This document shows, one piece after another, positions 28,601 through 36,875 of a DNA stretch of 64,000 bases. Under the pieces are notes generated by a model that saw nothing but the letters and a program-made list of their open reading frames with translations, was not told the DNA's origin and did no database searches. The stretch lies in the NCBI GenBank assembly GCA_041649715.1, contig JBAZMP010000001.1, positions 146,741 to 210,740 on the forward strand, given 5' to 3'. The position numbers and the translations under genes were made by a program. This DNA is from Patescibacteria group bacterium. GTDB lineage: Bacteria > Patescibacteriota > Patescibacteriia > JAXHNJ01. The first letter of the stretch is position 1, and each line of letters starts with the position of its first letter.

Positions 28601-29713
28601 TTTACTGATTTCGCGGTGACCACCGGTACTGATGATATTGGCGGCGTGACCGAAAAGAACATTGTGACCGCACCTAAGGTCGGCGGCGGACCCCAGGTGA
28701 CGACTTGGGATTCGAATGGAACCAGGCAGGCTGGTTTTATGGCTTACGCTCCTACCCTAAGAACGGGCGTCAAGGCGGTAATGGGCGATTTGGACGGGGA
28801 CGGCAACGATGAAATTGTCACCTTGCCTTCTGGTCTAGCGGCGCCCCATTTGCGCGTCTTTACTTCTTCCGGTGAGGTTTTGGCCGGCACTTTTATCTAC
28901 GCCACGACTTTTCGCGGCACTTATTCATTGTCTCTAGGCGATGTAGATGGCGATGGCAGTCAGGAAATTATAGTTGCTCCTACCGCCAACGGCGGTCCGC
29001 AAGTGAGAGTGTATAAGTATGCCGCTGGCGTTCTCTCATTGCATTCTTCTTTCTTCGCTTACGCCCAGACTTTAAGGACCGGGATAAACGTTTATGCCGG
29101 CGATGTCAATGGTGATGGCGAGGATGAAATTATCACGGCCACTCGTCAAGGTGCCGCCCCGCATGTCAGGATTTTCAGTGGTACCGGTGGATTGGTCAGT
29201 CAGTTTTTCGCCTTCCCGACCGGATTTCGTGGAGGCGTTAATATCGCTTTAGGTGACTACAACGGTGACGGTTCGCAGGATTTAGCCTTGACTCCGGCGG
29301 GAAACGGCGGCCCGCAGTATCGAGTAGTGAATTATGAGGGAACGACTTTGTTATCAGGTTTTGCCTATAACACTGCCTGGCGGATGGGCTTAAAGGCAGG
29401 GATCGGCGATGTTGATGGCGATAATCAAGCTGAAGTTGTCGTTGCCCCGGTACTCGGCGGAGCCCATATCCAGGTTTACGGTCCAAGCGGCTTGGAAAAA
29501 CAATTCTTCGCTTTTCCCACCACTTTCCGCGGCGGCGCTGACCTAAAAGTGACGGATGTTGATGCCAACGGCACGGCCGATATTATCATTACGCCGATGA
29601 CGGGTGGCGGTCCTCAGGTTAGAGTGATGAACAGTTCTGGCACCGTCCTCTATCAGTTCATGTCTTTGCACCCGGGCTTTAGGGGTGGCGTCAACCTTGA
29701 AGTTAGTAAATAG
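25643..29713 (+). CDS. Large secreted surface protein: tandem beta-sandwich (carboxypeptidase-regulatory/CnaB-like) domains plus C-terminal FG-GAP repeats
   Basis: Signal peptide; IKGKVTD..G.PV repeats; IDHFTDFAV; repeated GD.DGDG..EI and GGPQVRV. Confidence 0.85.
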   Translation: MKKKLYIILNFLTVLSLVGPFSFMNVNFAQAITAGPSISVYAGDTTLDETTSYIITLNHIPEMTTTEVWHNIQFFTGINYRGAENPNAEIDFSNATLTGGYVRVYTGESYVTVPAGQTELQTSADNIRNFDLIINGAYSIPENALIKIKINNVVNPSVAGTFSAWFNGGFSDNVGWNDIGGAQNDSALLLGIDKFINGDVTYKTGGAVTTCAINANKQGAQEWANADCDGSGHYNLGLTSAGTWQVHLDAKNINGQRVTTDWIYEGSDSYVEANVAGTYTQNFSVVKATSSVMGKVLLANGAVPANPWEYRVDIRNQQGQGSGTNLGNDGAFSVPVLAGTYNLSVNSQNAQFYVDPLNITIGNDQTKNVGTLTLKEKTAAIKGKVTDDSGSPVSGLRVNMWGQNGWGEGRTNANGNYTIWTYKGDWEIMVDQMEAGQQGLIQQGEPNRISITENDQIVTGVNFRLIQTDATAKLTILDMNGVKAGNINGYAYCRKADAMPGPGSDFGMGLGGQSANPVSIPVIGGETYVCGVNVPSEMNLALDKEVEAYIGVGQTKSISVVLLHNDSEIVGYLRDASSGAVITNVEGDVFAQGEMKGMGYHSFINADGSYRLSVKGGSSYFLGYNIRTAGYVQGQPDQSPVVVPASSRVVKTLKVHKANANLNITVLDPDGSKVTYAWVWCDNMKQKENELKGSFEGGEVLHAGGETNLSGVAKLPIVAGEYTCGAGLPPNMAQYMPPENAEIMIVSGATENITLQFRESEGTVKGSVTDENGSEMSMGFCHAWNPEGGFSGGQVFNGSYSIPLTRGTWYVGCDSMNGQEFFRSDEMQINLEAVGDNISKDFVLRKSSFEIPQGISQSFDASTLTVINLPDGSMITIPANAVATSGTYTLTASPNINLYHTPEAKPALGFAWSFELTDSSGQSVTTNFNSNVTITIKYDEEILREMGIDEAKIIGRYWDEASSTWKMPDNIVQDTENNIINIMIDHFTDFAVTTGTDDIGGVTEKNIVTAPKVGGGPQVTTWDSNGTRQAGFMAYAPTLRTGVKAVMGDLDGDGNDEIVTLPSGLAAPHLRVFTSSGEVLAGTFIYATTFRGTYSLSLGDVDGDGSQEIIVAPTANGGPQVRVYKYAAGVLSLHSSFFAYAQTLRTGINVYAGDVNGDGEDEIITATRQGAAPHVRIFSGTGGLVSQFFAFPTGFRGGVNIALGDYNGDGSQDLALTPAGNGGPQYRVVNYEGTTLLSGFAYNTAWRMGLKAGIGDVDGDNQAEVVVAPVLGGAHIQVYGPSGLEKQFFAFPTTFRGGADLKVTDVDANGTADIIITPMTGGGPQVRVMNSSGTVLYQFMSLHPGFRGGVNLEVSK

Positions 29714-29739
29714 CTTGAAGATATAGTCAAAAACAAAAA

Positions 29740-29779
29740 AACTAAAAAATCCTCTATAAATAAAGAGGATTTTTTAGTT
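29740..29779 (+). terminator. Intrinsic terminator
   Basis: Perfect 16-bp inverted repeat AACTAAAAAATCCTCT/AGAGGATTTTTTAGTT. Confidence 0.8.
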
Positions 29780-29794
29780 GCTTAACTGTGATTA

Positions 29795-29823
29795 TTGACA
29801 AAAATATAGACTATCTTTATAAT
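29795..29823 (+). promoter_or_regulatory. Consensus sigma70 promoter
   Basis: TTGACA-N17-TATAAT. Confidence 0.8.
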
Positions 29824-29899
29824 TAAGCTAGAAAGTGATTAAATTATTTCTTTTTTGTCACAATATAACTCACTTTTTTTATTTTTAAAAAACAAAACT

Positions 29900-30256
29900 A
29901 TGGATGCGAATTTTATCACCGAGATGAAAGAAAAATTGGAAAGCGAGCGCACGGATTTAAGAAAAAGACTCGGCCTTTTGGGCCCGGAAGACAAGAAAGT
30001 TAAGGACGATTTTCACGCGAAATTTCCGCAATACGGCAGTTCCGAAGAAGATAACGCCACGGAAGTCGCGCAATATCAGGATAATGTGTCGCTGGAAGGA
30101 AATTTAGAGGGAAGATTAAAGGAAGTGGAAGAAGCTTTGGTAAAAATTAACAAGGGGGGTTATGGCCGATGCGAAAACTGTCAGGAAGAAATTCCCCGGG
30201 AAAGACTGGAGGTCAATCCGGCGGCGGCGATTTGCGTCAAATGCAAGGATCTATAG
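29900..30256 (+). CDS. TraR/DksA C4 zinc-finger protein
   Basis: YGRCENC...I.RERLEVNP.A..CVKC. Confidence 0.92.
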   Translation: MDANFITEMKEKLESERTDLRKRLGLLGPEDKKVKDDFHAKFPQYGSSEEDNATEVAQYQDNVSLEGNLEGRLKEVEEALVKINKGGYGRCENCQEEIPRERLEVNPAAAICVKCKDL

Positions 30257-30257
30257 A

Positions 30258-30722
30258 ATGCGGCTTTTAAGAAATATATATTTTTTATTGGCCGTTGTTT
30301 TTTTTACTTTTATATTGGACCGGTTGTTTAAAAACCTTGTTTTAAACAAAGGTGGTTTTTCTGCCCTCCATGATTTTCTAAAAATCAATCTTTACCCCAA
30401 CGGAGGCATCGCTTTGAGTTTGCCGGCCAGCCGTTTTATTATTTATCCCTTGATTATTCTGATCCTGATCATTGTTTTTTATTTTCTTTTCCTGGGCCTT
30501 AAGAAACATGATTATTTGTTGATCTGGGGCATGGCTCTTATTTTTGTCGGCGCGTCTTCTAATCTGATCGACCGCCTCCGCTTCGGTAATGTGATTGATT
30601 ATCTTAATTTTAGCGGATTTTTTCCGGTGTTTAATTTCGCCGACGTGATGATCGTGGCGGGCGCGGGGCTGTTTCTTCTCAAAAGTCTGGGGAAGGATCA
30701 TTTGACAAATATATTAGAATAA
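30258..30722 (+). CDS. lspA: Lipoprotein signal peptidase II
   Basis: N.GIA, GA.SNLIDRL, VIDY, FNFAD. Confidence 0.92.
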   Translation: MRLLRNIYFLLAVVFFTFILDRLFKNLVLNKGGFSALHDFLKINLYPNGGIALSLPASRFIIYPLIILILIIVFYFLFLGLKKHDYLLIWGMALIFVGASSNLIDRLRFGNVIDYLNFSGFFPVFNFADVMIVAGAGLFLLKSLGKDHLTNILE

Positions 30723-30774
30723 ATTATCTTTAAATAAGTTAAGGGTGGCTTTTAAAAGAAAGCGACCTTATTTT

Positions 30775-32292
30775 ATGTCCTCAAAAATTTATTCGGCGGC
30801 CCTGATCGGCCTTAATTCATCCTTGGTCGAAGTGGAAGCGGATACCTCAAGCGGTTTGCCGAAATTTACCATTGTCGGCCTGCCCGACGCCGCCGTGCAG
30901 GAAGCCACGGAAAGAGTGCGGGCCGCGGTAAAAAACAGCGGTTTTAATTTTCCCTATGGCCGTCAGACGATAAATCTGGCGCCAGCCGATATTAAAAAAG
31001 AAGGGCCGTCTTATGATTTGCCCATTGCCTTGGCGCTGCTTGTGGCCACCAGGCAGCTGTCTTTTTCCTACCGAGAGAGCATCTTTATTGGTGAACTTTC
31101 ATTAGACGGCGGATTGAGGCCGGTGAACGGCATCCTGTCATTTGTTCAGCTGGCTCGCGAAAAGAGGATAAAAAATATCTTTTTGCCGGCGGAAAATGCC
31201 AATGAAGCCTGTTTAATCCCCGGCCCGAAGATTTTTCCTTGTCAGAGTCTCGGCCAGGTGGTTAATCACTTGGCGAAAAAGGAATCGATTCCTTCCCATC
31301 GTTATGTCTGGAAAACTATAGATTTGGCGGTGGATTCGACTTTGGACATGGCTTATATCAAAGGTCAGGAGCACGTGAAAAGAGCGTTAGAAATCGCGGC
31401 CGCCGGGCATCATAACATCGTGATGTCTGGTCCGCCCGGTTCAGGCAAAACTTTGCTGGCCAAATCTCTGACCACTATTTTGCCGGAAATGGATCTAGGC
31501 GATGCCCTGGAAGTGACAAAAATTTACAGCGTGGCCGGCCTCATAAAGCCGGACCAGCCCCTGATCGTCAAAAGACCGTTTCGTTCCCCGCATCACACCG
31601 CTTCGGCCGCTTCTATTATCGGTGGCGGCCGGATCCCTCGGCCCGGGGAAGTCTCCTTAGCCCACCGCGGCATTTTGTTTTTGGATGAATTGCCGGAATT
31701 TCAGCGGGGGGTCTTAGAGAGTTTGCGCCAGCCTTTGGAAGAGGGAGAAGTGACGGTGGCCCGCGTGGCCGGCAGCCTGACCTATCCCGCCCGTTTTATG
31801 CTCGTGGCCGCCTTAAATCCCTGCCCTTGCGGCTATTATTCCGATCCGGAAAAGGAATGCACTTGTTCGCCGTCGCAGATTATCCGTTATCGCAAAAAAA
31901 TTTCTGGGCCCTTGCTTGACCGCATTGATCTGCACCTTGAAGTACCGCGCTTAAAAACGGAAAAGCTCCTGTCGGAAAAACTAGGGGAATGCTCCAGTGA
32001 GATAAGAAGGCGGGTTTTGAAGGCTCAGGCTGTTCAAAAAGCAAGATTTAAGAATCTTTCGTGCAAGCTTAATTCAGAAATAAAAGCGCCAGACGTGGAA
32101 GCATTCTGCCGATTGGATGAGCCCGGCCGCCAGTTGATTAAAAATTCGGCGGTGCAGCTTAATCTTTCCGCTCGCGCCTATCATAAGATTTTAAGGCTTT
32201 CCCGGACCATTGCCGATCTGGAAGGATCAGAAAAAATAGAAATCAAGCATTTGGCGGAGGCCCTGCAGTATCGGCCGAAAGGAAACGATTAG
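30775..32292 (+). CDS. comM: YifB/ComM Mg-chelatase-like AAA+ ATPase
   Basis: IVGLPD, NLAPADIKKEG, GPPGSGKT, LFLDELPEF, NPCPCG. Confidence 0.93.
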   Translation: MSSKIYSAALIGLNSSLVEVEADTSSGLPKFTIVGLPDAAVQEATERVRAAVKNSGFNFPYGRQTINLAPADIKKEGPSYDLPIALALLVATRQLSFSYRESIFIGELSLDGGLRPVNGILSFVQLAREKRIKNIFLPAENANEACLIPGPKIFPCQSLGQVVNHLAKKESIPSHRYVWKTIDLAVDSTLDMAYIKGQEHVKRALEIAAAGHHNIVMSGPPGSGKTLLAKSLTTILPEMDLGDALEVTKIYSVAGLIKPDQPLIVKRPFRSPHHTASAASIIGGGRIPRPGEVSLAHRGILFLDELPEFQRGVLESLRQPLEEGEVTVARVAGSLTYPARFMLVAALNPCPCGYYSDPEKECTCSPSQIIRYRKKISGPLLDRIDLHLEVPRLKTEKLLSEKLGECSSEIRRRVLKAQAVQKARFKNLSCKLNSEIKAPDVEAFCRLDEPGRQLIKNSAVQLNLSARAYHKILRLSRTIADLEGSEKIEIKHLAEALQYRPKGND

Positions 32293-32293
32293 A

Positions 32294-32662
32294 GTGTCTC
32301 AAATCCGGCGAATTTATGATCCGTATTATCCATATTATTTTGTCACCGTCAAAACATTTGAGAATAGAAAAATTTTTGGTGATTACAATAAATGCCGGTT
32401 ACTTTACCGAGTTTTTAATCATTTAAAGAGTGAGGGTTATATAAATCTTTTTGCTTGGGTGATTTTGCCCGATCATTTTCATTTATTGTTGGAAATTACC
32501 GGGATGAAAAATATTTCCGAGGTGATACATGATTTGAAAAGTTATTCTGCTAATCAAATATCAAAATTGATATTATCGAGCCGAGGCGCGGTGGCCTCGG
32601 CTCCGCGGGCGGGGAATAATCAAAAAATCGTAGGCGAGGCCTCCGCGCCTCGGCTTACATAA
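32294..32662 (+). pseudogene. REP-associated tyrosine transposase (RAYT, HUH), 5' remnant
   Basis: YFVT..T, WVILPDHFHLL, KSYSA; lacks the WQ..FYDH..R and Y..NP regions. Confidence 0.82.
32579..32658. repeat. Inverted pair of REP-like palindromes inside the RAYT tail
   Basis: AGCCGAGGC-GCGGTG-GCCTCGGCT and GTAGGCGAGGCCTCCGCGCCTCGGCTTAC (near reverse complement of the first). Confidence 0.7.
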
Positions 32663-32863
32663 TCGGCGGACAGAATCAACGGTGAATGTGTCTGTATACA
32701 ATAAATCAAATGACCTCAGGATATTTAAAAAGTTTTGATTTTTAAGATCTCTCGTAGATATTGAGGAAAACAGGGGGTGCATGTGATACGTATATATCTG
32801 TTTAAGTAGGGAAAACCCTGAAAATAAAAAAAGGCGCCAGTCTTTGACGCCTTTATATAGTTA

Positions 32864-33481
32864 TTACCTGAGAAGTACGATCTTTCGGGTTTTTATCTGC
32901 TCCCCACAGATCAATTGAGCAAAATATACGCCCGAAGCCATTTTCTGTGAATTCCATGGACATTGGTAATTATCTGAATTCTGTTCTTTGTCAATCAGGT
33001 TTTCGACGAGTTCGCCCTTTACATTGAATATTTTTAGTGAAACGTGTGATTGGCTCGGCACATTGTAGCTGATATTAACTACAGAATTAAAGGGATTCGG
33101 ATAGACCTGAAAAACAATATTCTTGCTATCGGGTATTTCTTCCACTGCCGTGGCTTCCCATAATGTTGGATAAATATACCAACCTGTAGGTCCACCTTGT
33201 CTCCAACCATTCCCAGCAATATCAGTAAATGAATGGCATTCCCAAAATGCAATTGAATCGACGGGAATGGGAGGATCGTCAGCAGCTTCTCGAAGCCAGT
33301 AAGGTTCCGGATCAACGCCACTCATCATATATACTTCACCATTTGAGGTAAGTATACAAATGGAATTACCATCACTCATAGATGTGGTGGCAACGATAGG
33401 ACCACCCATTACTACTGCAGAGCTTTCCGCCTGAGAGACAAAAACCAGTAAACACAATAGTACCAAAAACACGGTTTTCAT
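32864..33481 (-). CDS. Secreted protein with T9SS type-A (Por) C-terminal sorting domain / FlgD-Ig-like
   Basis: Signal peptide; VYPNPFN, LKIFNVKGELV, SGVYF, TRKIVLLR; SD AGGAGG. Confidence 0.85.
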   Translation of the reverse strand: MKTVFLVLLCLLVFVSQAESSAVVMGGPIVATTSMSDGNSICILTSNGEVYMMSGVDPEPYWLREAADDPPIPVDSIAFWECHSFTDIAGNGWRQGGPTGWYIYPTLWEATAVEEIPDSKNIVFQVYPNPFNSVVNISYNVPSQSHVSLKIFNVKGELVENLIDKEQNSDNYQCPWNSQKMASGVYFAQLICGEQIKTRKIVLLR

Positions 33482-33515
33482 TTCACACCTCCTAGAATGA
33501 AAAAAGAACTTACTT

Positions 33516-33545
33516 TATAATTTGACCCTATATAATTTGACCCTA
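33516..33545. repeat. 15-bp tandem duplication
   Basis: TATAATTTGACCCTA x2. Confidence 0.9.
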
Positions 33546-33673
33546 ACAGATAAGTTTAATTTTGTCAATAATAAGAAAAACCCCTTGCGGGGCTTTTCTT
33601 CCAGACAAAATTTGTCTATAAAATTAAATCTTTACAGTATTTAATTATTTAATACAATTATTAAAATATTCAT

Positions 33674-34098
33674 TTGCATCTTTTTGCTTGGGTGATTTTG
33701 CCCGATCATTTTCATTTATTGTTGAAGATTACAGGTATGAAAAACATATCAGAGATTATGAAAAGTATTAAGGGAAATTACAGTTGGATAATCAACCATT
33801 CCGTCCAGACTGGAAAGTCTGGACTTCGTTTTGGAAATGATATTAATTATAATACCGGAGGGCAGACTTTTCCCGCCCCCAAAGGATATATCATATGTTT
33901 TGCGGGACCCCGCAAAGCGGTGGCCAGTCTGCCCACAAAAATGTAAATCAAATCTGGCAAACTTCTTTTTATGATCACATAATCCGTAATCAAACGGATT
34001 TTAATAACCACGTCAATTACATCCATTACAATCCAGTAAAACACGGTTACGCGCAGAAAATAGAAGATTGGCTGTGGTCGAGCTATAATAATTTGTAA
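33674..34098 (+). pseudogene. RAYT transposase, 3' remnant with frameshift
   Basis: WVILPDHFHLL in one frame; IWQTSFYDHIIR...YIHYNPVKHG..W.WSSY in another; N-terminus missing. Confidence 0.82.
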
Positions 34099-34128
34099 TA
34101 ATAAAATTGAAATTACTTTATAATACTC

Positions 34129-34157
34129 TTGACTTTTCCCTGATTTTGCGCTATAAT
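34129..34157 (+). promoter_or_regulatory. Sigma70 promoter
   Basis: TTGACT-N17-TATAAT. Confidence 0.7.
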
Positions 34158-34211
34158 TAGGTTATAAAGAGGTGAAAAGTCCTCTTTTTGTTTGCTAAAA
34201 CAAAAACAAAA

Positions 34212-34412
34212 ATGCTTTTAACAAAAGAAACTTTAATAGAACTGATCTTGTATACCCGGCGCTTGATGAATCTTCCCACGGATGACCAAACCGTTGATTT
34301 TATCAGAGGATCAGGCGTCGAAAGCGTCAAACAGATTTGGTACGGCCTGGATGAGTTGGCGCGGATTTTCCAGAATTTCGGCCAAAAGACTTTTGCCGGC
34401 CAGAATGCATAA
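34212..34412 (+). CDS. Small hypothetical protein (66 aa)
   Basis: Has its own promoter upstream and a hairpin/T-run downstream (34415-34454). Confidence 0.55.
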   Translation: MLLTKETLIELILYTRRLMNLPTDDQTVDFIRGSGVESVKQIWYGLDELARIFQNFGQKTFAGQNA

Positions 34413-34485
34413 GAAAAAACCCCCCTTGTCTTCATCTACTGAGGGGCTTTTTTTACTGGTCTTTTTGCGCTAAAATTAATAAGCC

Positions 34486-35370
34486 ATGAAAAATGATTTA
34501 AGATATTTTTTAATCTTGAATCCCGCCGCCAATCAGGGCCGGGCGGCTAAGATAATTCCCATAATCCAGGAATTTTTTAATAAATGGGACCAGAAATATG
34601 AACTCGCGGTCACGAAAAGGCCGAAAGAGGCGGTAACTTTGGCAAATCAGGCGGCAAAAAAGTACGATGTCGTGGTGGCAATTGGCGGCGATGGGACAAT
34701 CAATGAAGTCGTAAACGGTTTGATGGGCAGCCGGGCGGTTTTTGGCCTTATACCGGCGGGGGCCGGCAATGATTTCAGTAAAGCCTTAGGCCTCAAAAAT
34801 AATTTATCAGAAAACCTGGAAATAATATTAAGGGGCCATGTTAGGGAAGTGGACGTGGGAAAAGTGAATCATTTGTATTTTATCAATATCTTGGGTACCG
34901 GTTTTGACGCCCTGGTGGCCGAGTCAATGGCCAGCCGGCCAAAAATGTTGAAAGGCTTGGCCGCTTATCTCTGGGGGCTGGCCAAGACCTTAAAGAGATA
35001 TCGATTTACTCGTTTAAAGCTGAAAACCGACGGCTGGTCGGAAGAAAAGGAATATTTGATGGTGGCCGCCGCCAACGGCGAATTTTTTGGCGGTGGTTTT
35101 CATCTCACCCCTCACGCCTCCATCCGGGACGGTTTTTTGGATGTTTTGCTGGCCGATAAAATGTCGAGAAAATATTTATTAAAAAATTTGAACAAAGTGA
35201 TAAAAGGCACCCATGAAAATTTGCCGGAGATCAGAATAATTAAGACTAAAAAATTATCTATTGAATCTGAAGGCGAATTGCTCTGCGAGTACGACGGTGA
35301 ACTTCTGCGCGGTCAAAAAAAATTGGAAATTGAAATTCTGCCCAGGGCAATAAAGATTATCGGTAACTAA
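34486..35370 (+). CDS. Diacylglycerol kinase family lipid kinase (YegS/BmrU)
   Basis: NPAA, GGDGTINEV, P.G.GNDF, GTGFDA, FFGGG. Confidence 0.93.
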   Translation: MKNDLRYFLILNPAANQGRAAKIIPIIQEFFNKWDQKYELAVTKRPKEAVTLANQAAKKYDVVVAIGGDGTINEVVNGLMGSRAVFGLIPAGAGNDFSKALGLKNNLSENLEIILRGHVREVDVGKVNHLYFINILGTGFDALVAESMASRPKMLKGLAAYLWGLAKTLKRYRFTRLKLKTDGWSEEKEYLMVAAANGEFFGGGFHLTPHASIRDGFLDVLLADKMSRKYLLKNLNKVIKGTHENLPEIRIIKTKKLSIESEGELLCEYDGELLRGQKKLEIEILPRAIKIIGN

Positions 35371-35410
35371 AAACGAAAGAGATTTTATTTTATCCCGGTT
35401 TTTTTGCGGT

Positions 35411-36688
35411 CTAAAGATAGCTTAAGGGATTTACTTTCGTGCCGTTAATGATCACTTCAAAGTGAAGATGAGTGCCCGTGCACCAGCCGGTGCAGCCCAT
35501 CATGCCGATGGTCTGGCCCTTTGAGACCGATTGGCCTTGTTTAATAAAGAATTTGCTTAGATGAGCATAGACGGTTTTTTTGCCGCCGCCATGGTTGACA
35601 ATAATGACATTGCCGTAGCCCGTACCCTGACCGACTTTTTCCGCGGTGCCGTTTTCGGCGGCATAGATAGGCGAAGAATAGTTGCCGTCTATATCGATAG
35701 CCGCATGCCTCCATTTATAGTATTGATTGATTTTATGGCTGGGCGTGGGCCAGAGCAGCCGGGAGCCTTCGGGGACGCGGGCCGAAGGCGGCGCATTTCC
35801 GGAAAAAATGGAAGCGAAAGAGGTTGATTTTTTCGGGGTGGGGGCCGGCGCCTCTATTTGGCCGCCGGGGATCATGATCTGGTCATCGATGTCAATCGCC
35901 GAAGCGTCAGCCAGAAGATTGAATTCCATGATGGTATTCTCATCGGCTTTGAATTTTTTGGCGATACTGGACAGAGTATCGTTTTTTTGGACTTTATAAA
36001 ACACGCCCGAGACCGGCGGGATAGTCAGGGTTTGGCCGGGTTTAATATAATCCGTATCATTCAAACCGTTGGCCCAAAGAATTGTGTTGGTGGAAATGCC
36101 GAATTTACCGGCGATGGTGCTTATCGTGTCGCCACCTTTGACCTGGTAATATTCAATCGCTTCGCGCGGCTGGCCAGCAGAAGAAGTGTCCGGCAGGGTA
36201 TTTTTTACCAGAACACTGCCGCCCTCCGTGGTGATCAGGGGGTTTTCGGCGGTGATCACCGCATATTCCGTGATGGGGCGGCTGATCAAAGCGCCTTTTT
36301 GTTCCTGATATTTATTTTGTCTCACAACAGTTTCGACCGTTTCTGTGGTCTCTTCGTTTAGGTCAGAAGTGAGCAGGGCGGAAAAAAGGGTCTTTTGGCC
36401 GAATTGCCCCAGTTTAACTTCCCGGGCGCTTAAGCTGTTGCTTGAGATCGAGAGGGCGATTATGACGATCAGGAAGTGAATCAGGTACCGGTGGGTTAGA
36501 AGATGGTAGAATTTTTGGCCGGTGGGCAGGTTCAGCTTTAAATATTCTTTTTTCAGGAGCCGGTAAAATTTATACAAAGTAATCGCGACCGGTTTAAGCA
36601 GGAGATCGGCCAGATAGAGCAAGGGCCGGCCCAGGCCGTAAATGAAAAAAAGCCTTAAACCTCGGCCGAATAAATTTAAGACCTTCAT
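35411..36688 (-). CDS. LysM x2 plus M23 peptidase
   Basis: YQVKGGDTISTIA, H.AID, YAHL, TG.HLHFEV. Confidence 0.93.
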   Translation of the reverse strand: MKVLNLFGRGLRLFFIYGLGRPLLYLADLLLKPVAITLYKFYRLLKKEYLKLNLPTGQKFYHLLTHRYLIHFLIVIIALSISSNSLSAREVKLGQFGQKTLFSALLTSDLNEETTETVETVVRQNKYQEQKGALISRPITEYAVITAENPLITTEGGSVLVKNTLPDTSSAGQPREAIEYYQVKGGDTISTIAGKFGISTNTILWANGLNDTDYIKPGQTLTIPPVSGVFYKVQKNDTLSSIAKKFKADENTIMEFNLLADASAIDIDDQIMIPGGQIEAPAPTPKKSTSFASIFSGNAPPSARVPEGSRLLWPTPSHKINQYYKWRHAAIDIDGNYSSPIYAAENGTAEKVGQGTGYGNVIIVNHGGGKKTVYAHLSKFFIKQGQSVSKGQTIGMMGCTGWCTGTHLHFEVIINGTKVNPLSYL

Positions 36689-36875
36689 TATTTTCGCCAG
36701 GATAATAACCGCGATTTTTTTGAATTGATAGCTAATAGTTTTTTTGGTTAATTATTAGCGTTTTTTCCAGGGCTGACCCGGAATTTTGGGGATAGGCACT
36801 ATCATACCAGGGGGGGCGGAATGTGTCAAGATTTTCCATTTGTGAAAATAGCAAAATAATGATAAAATTTAAAAT

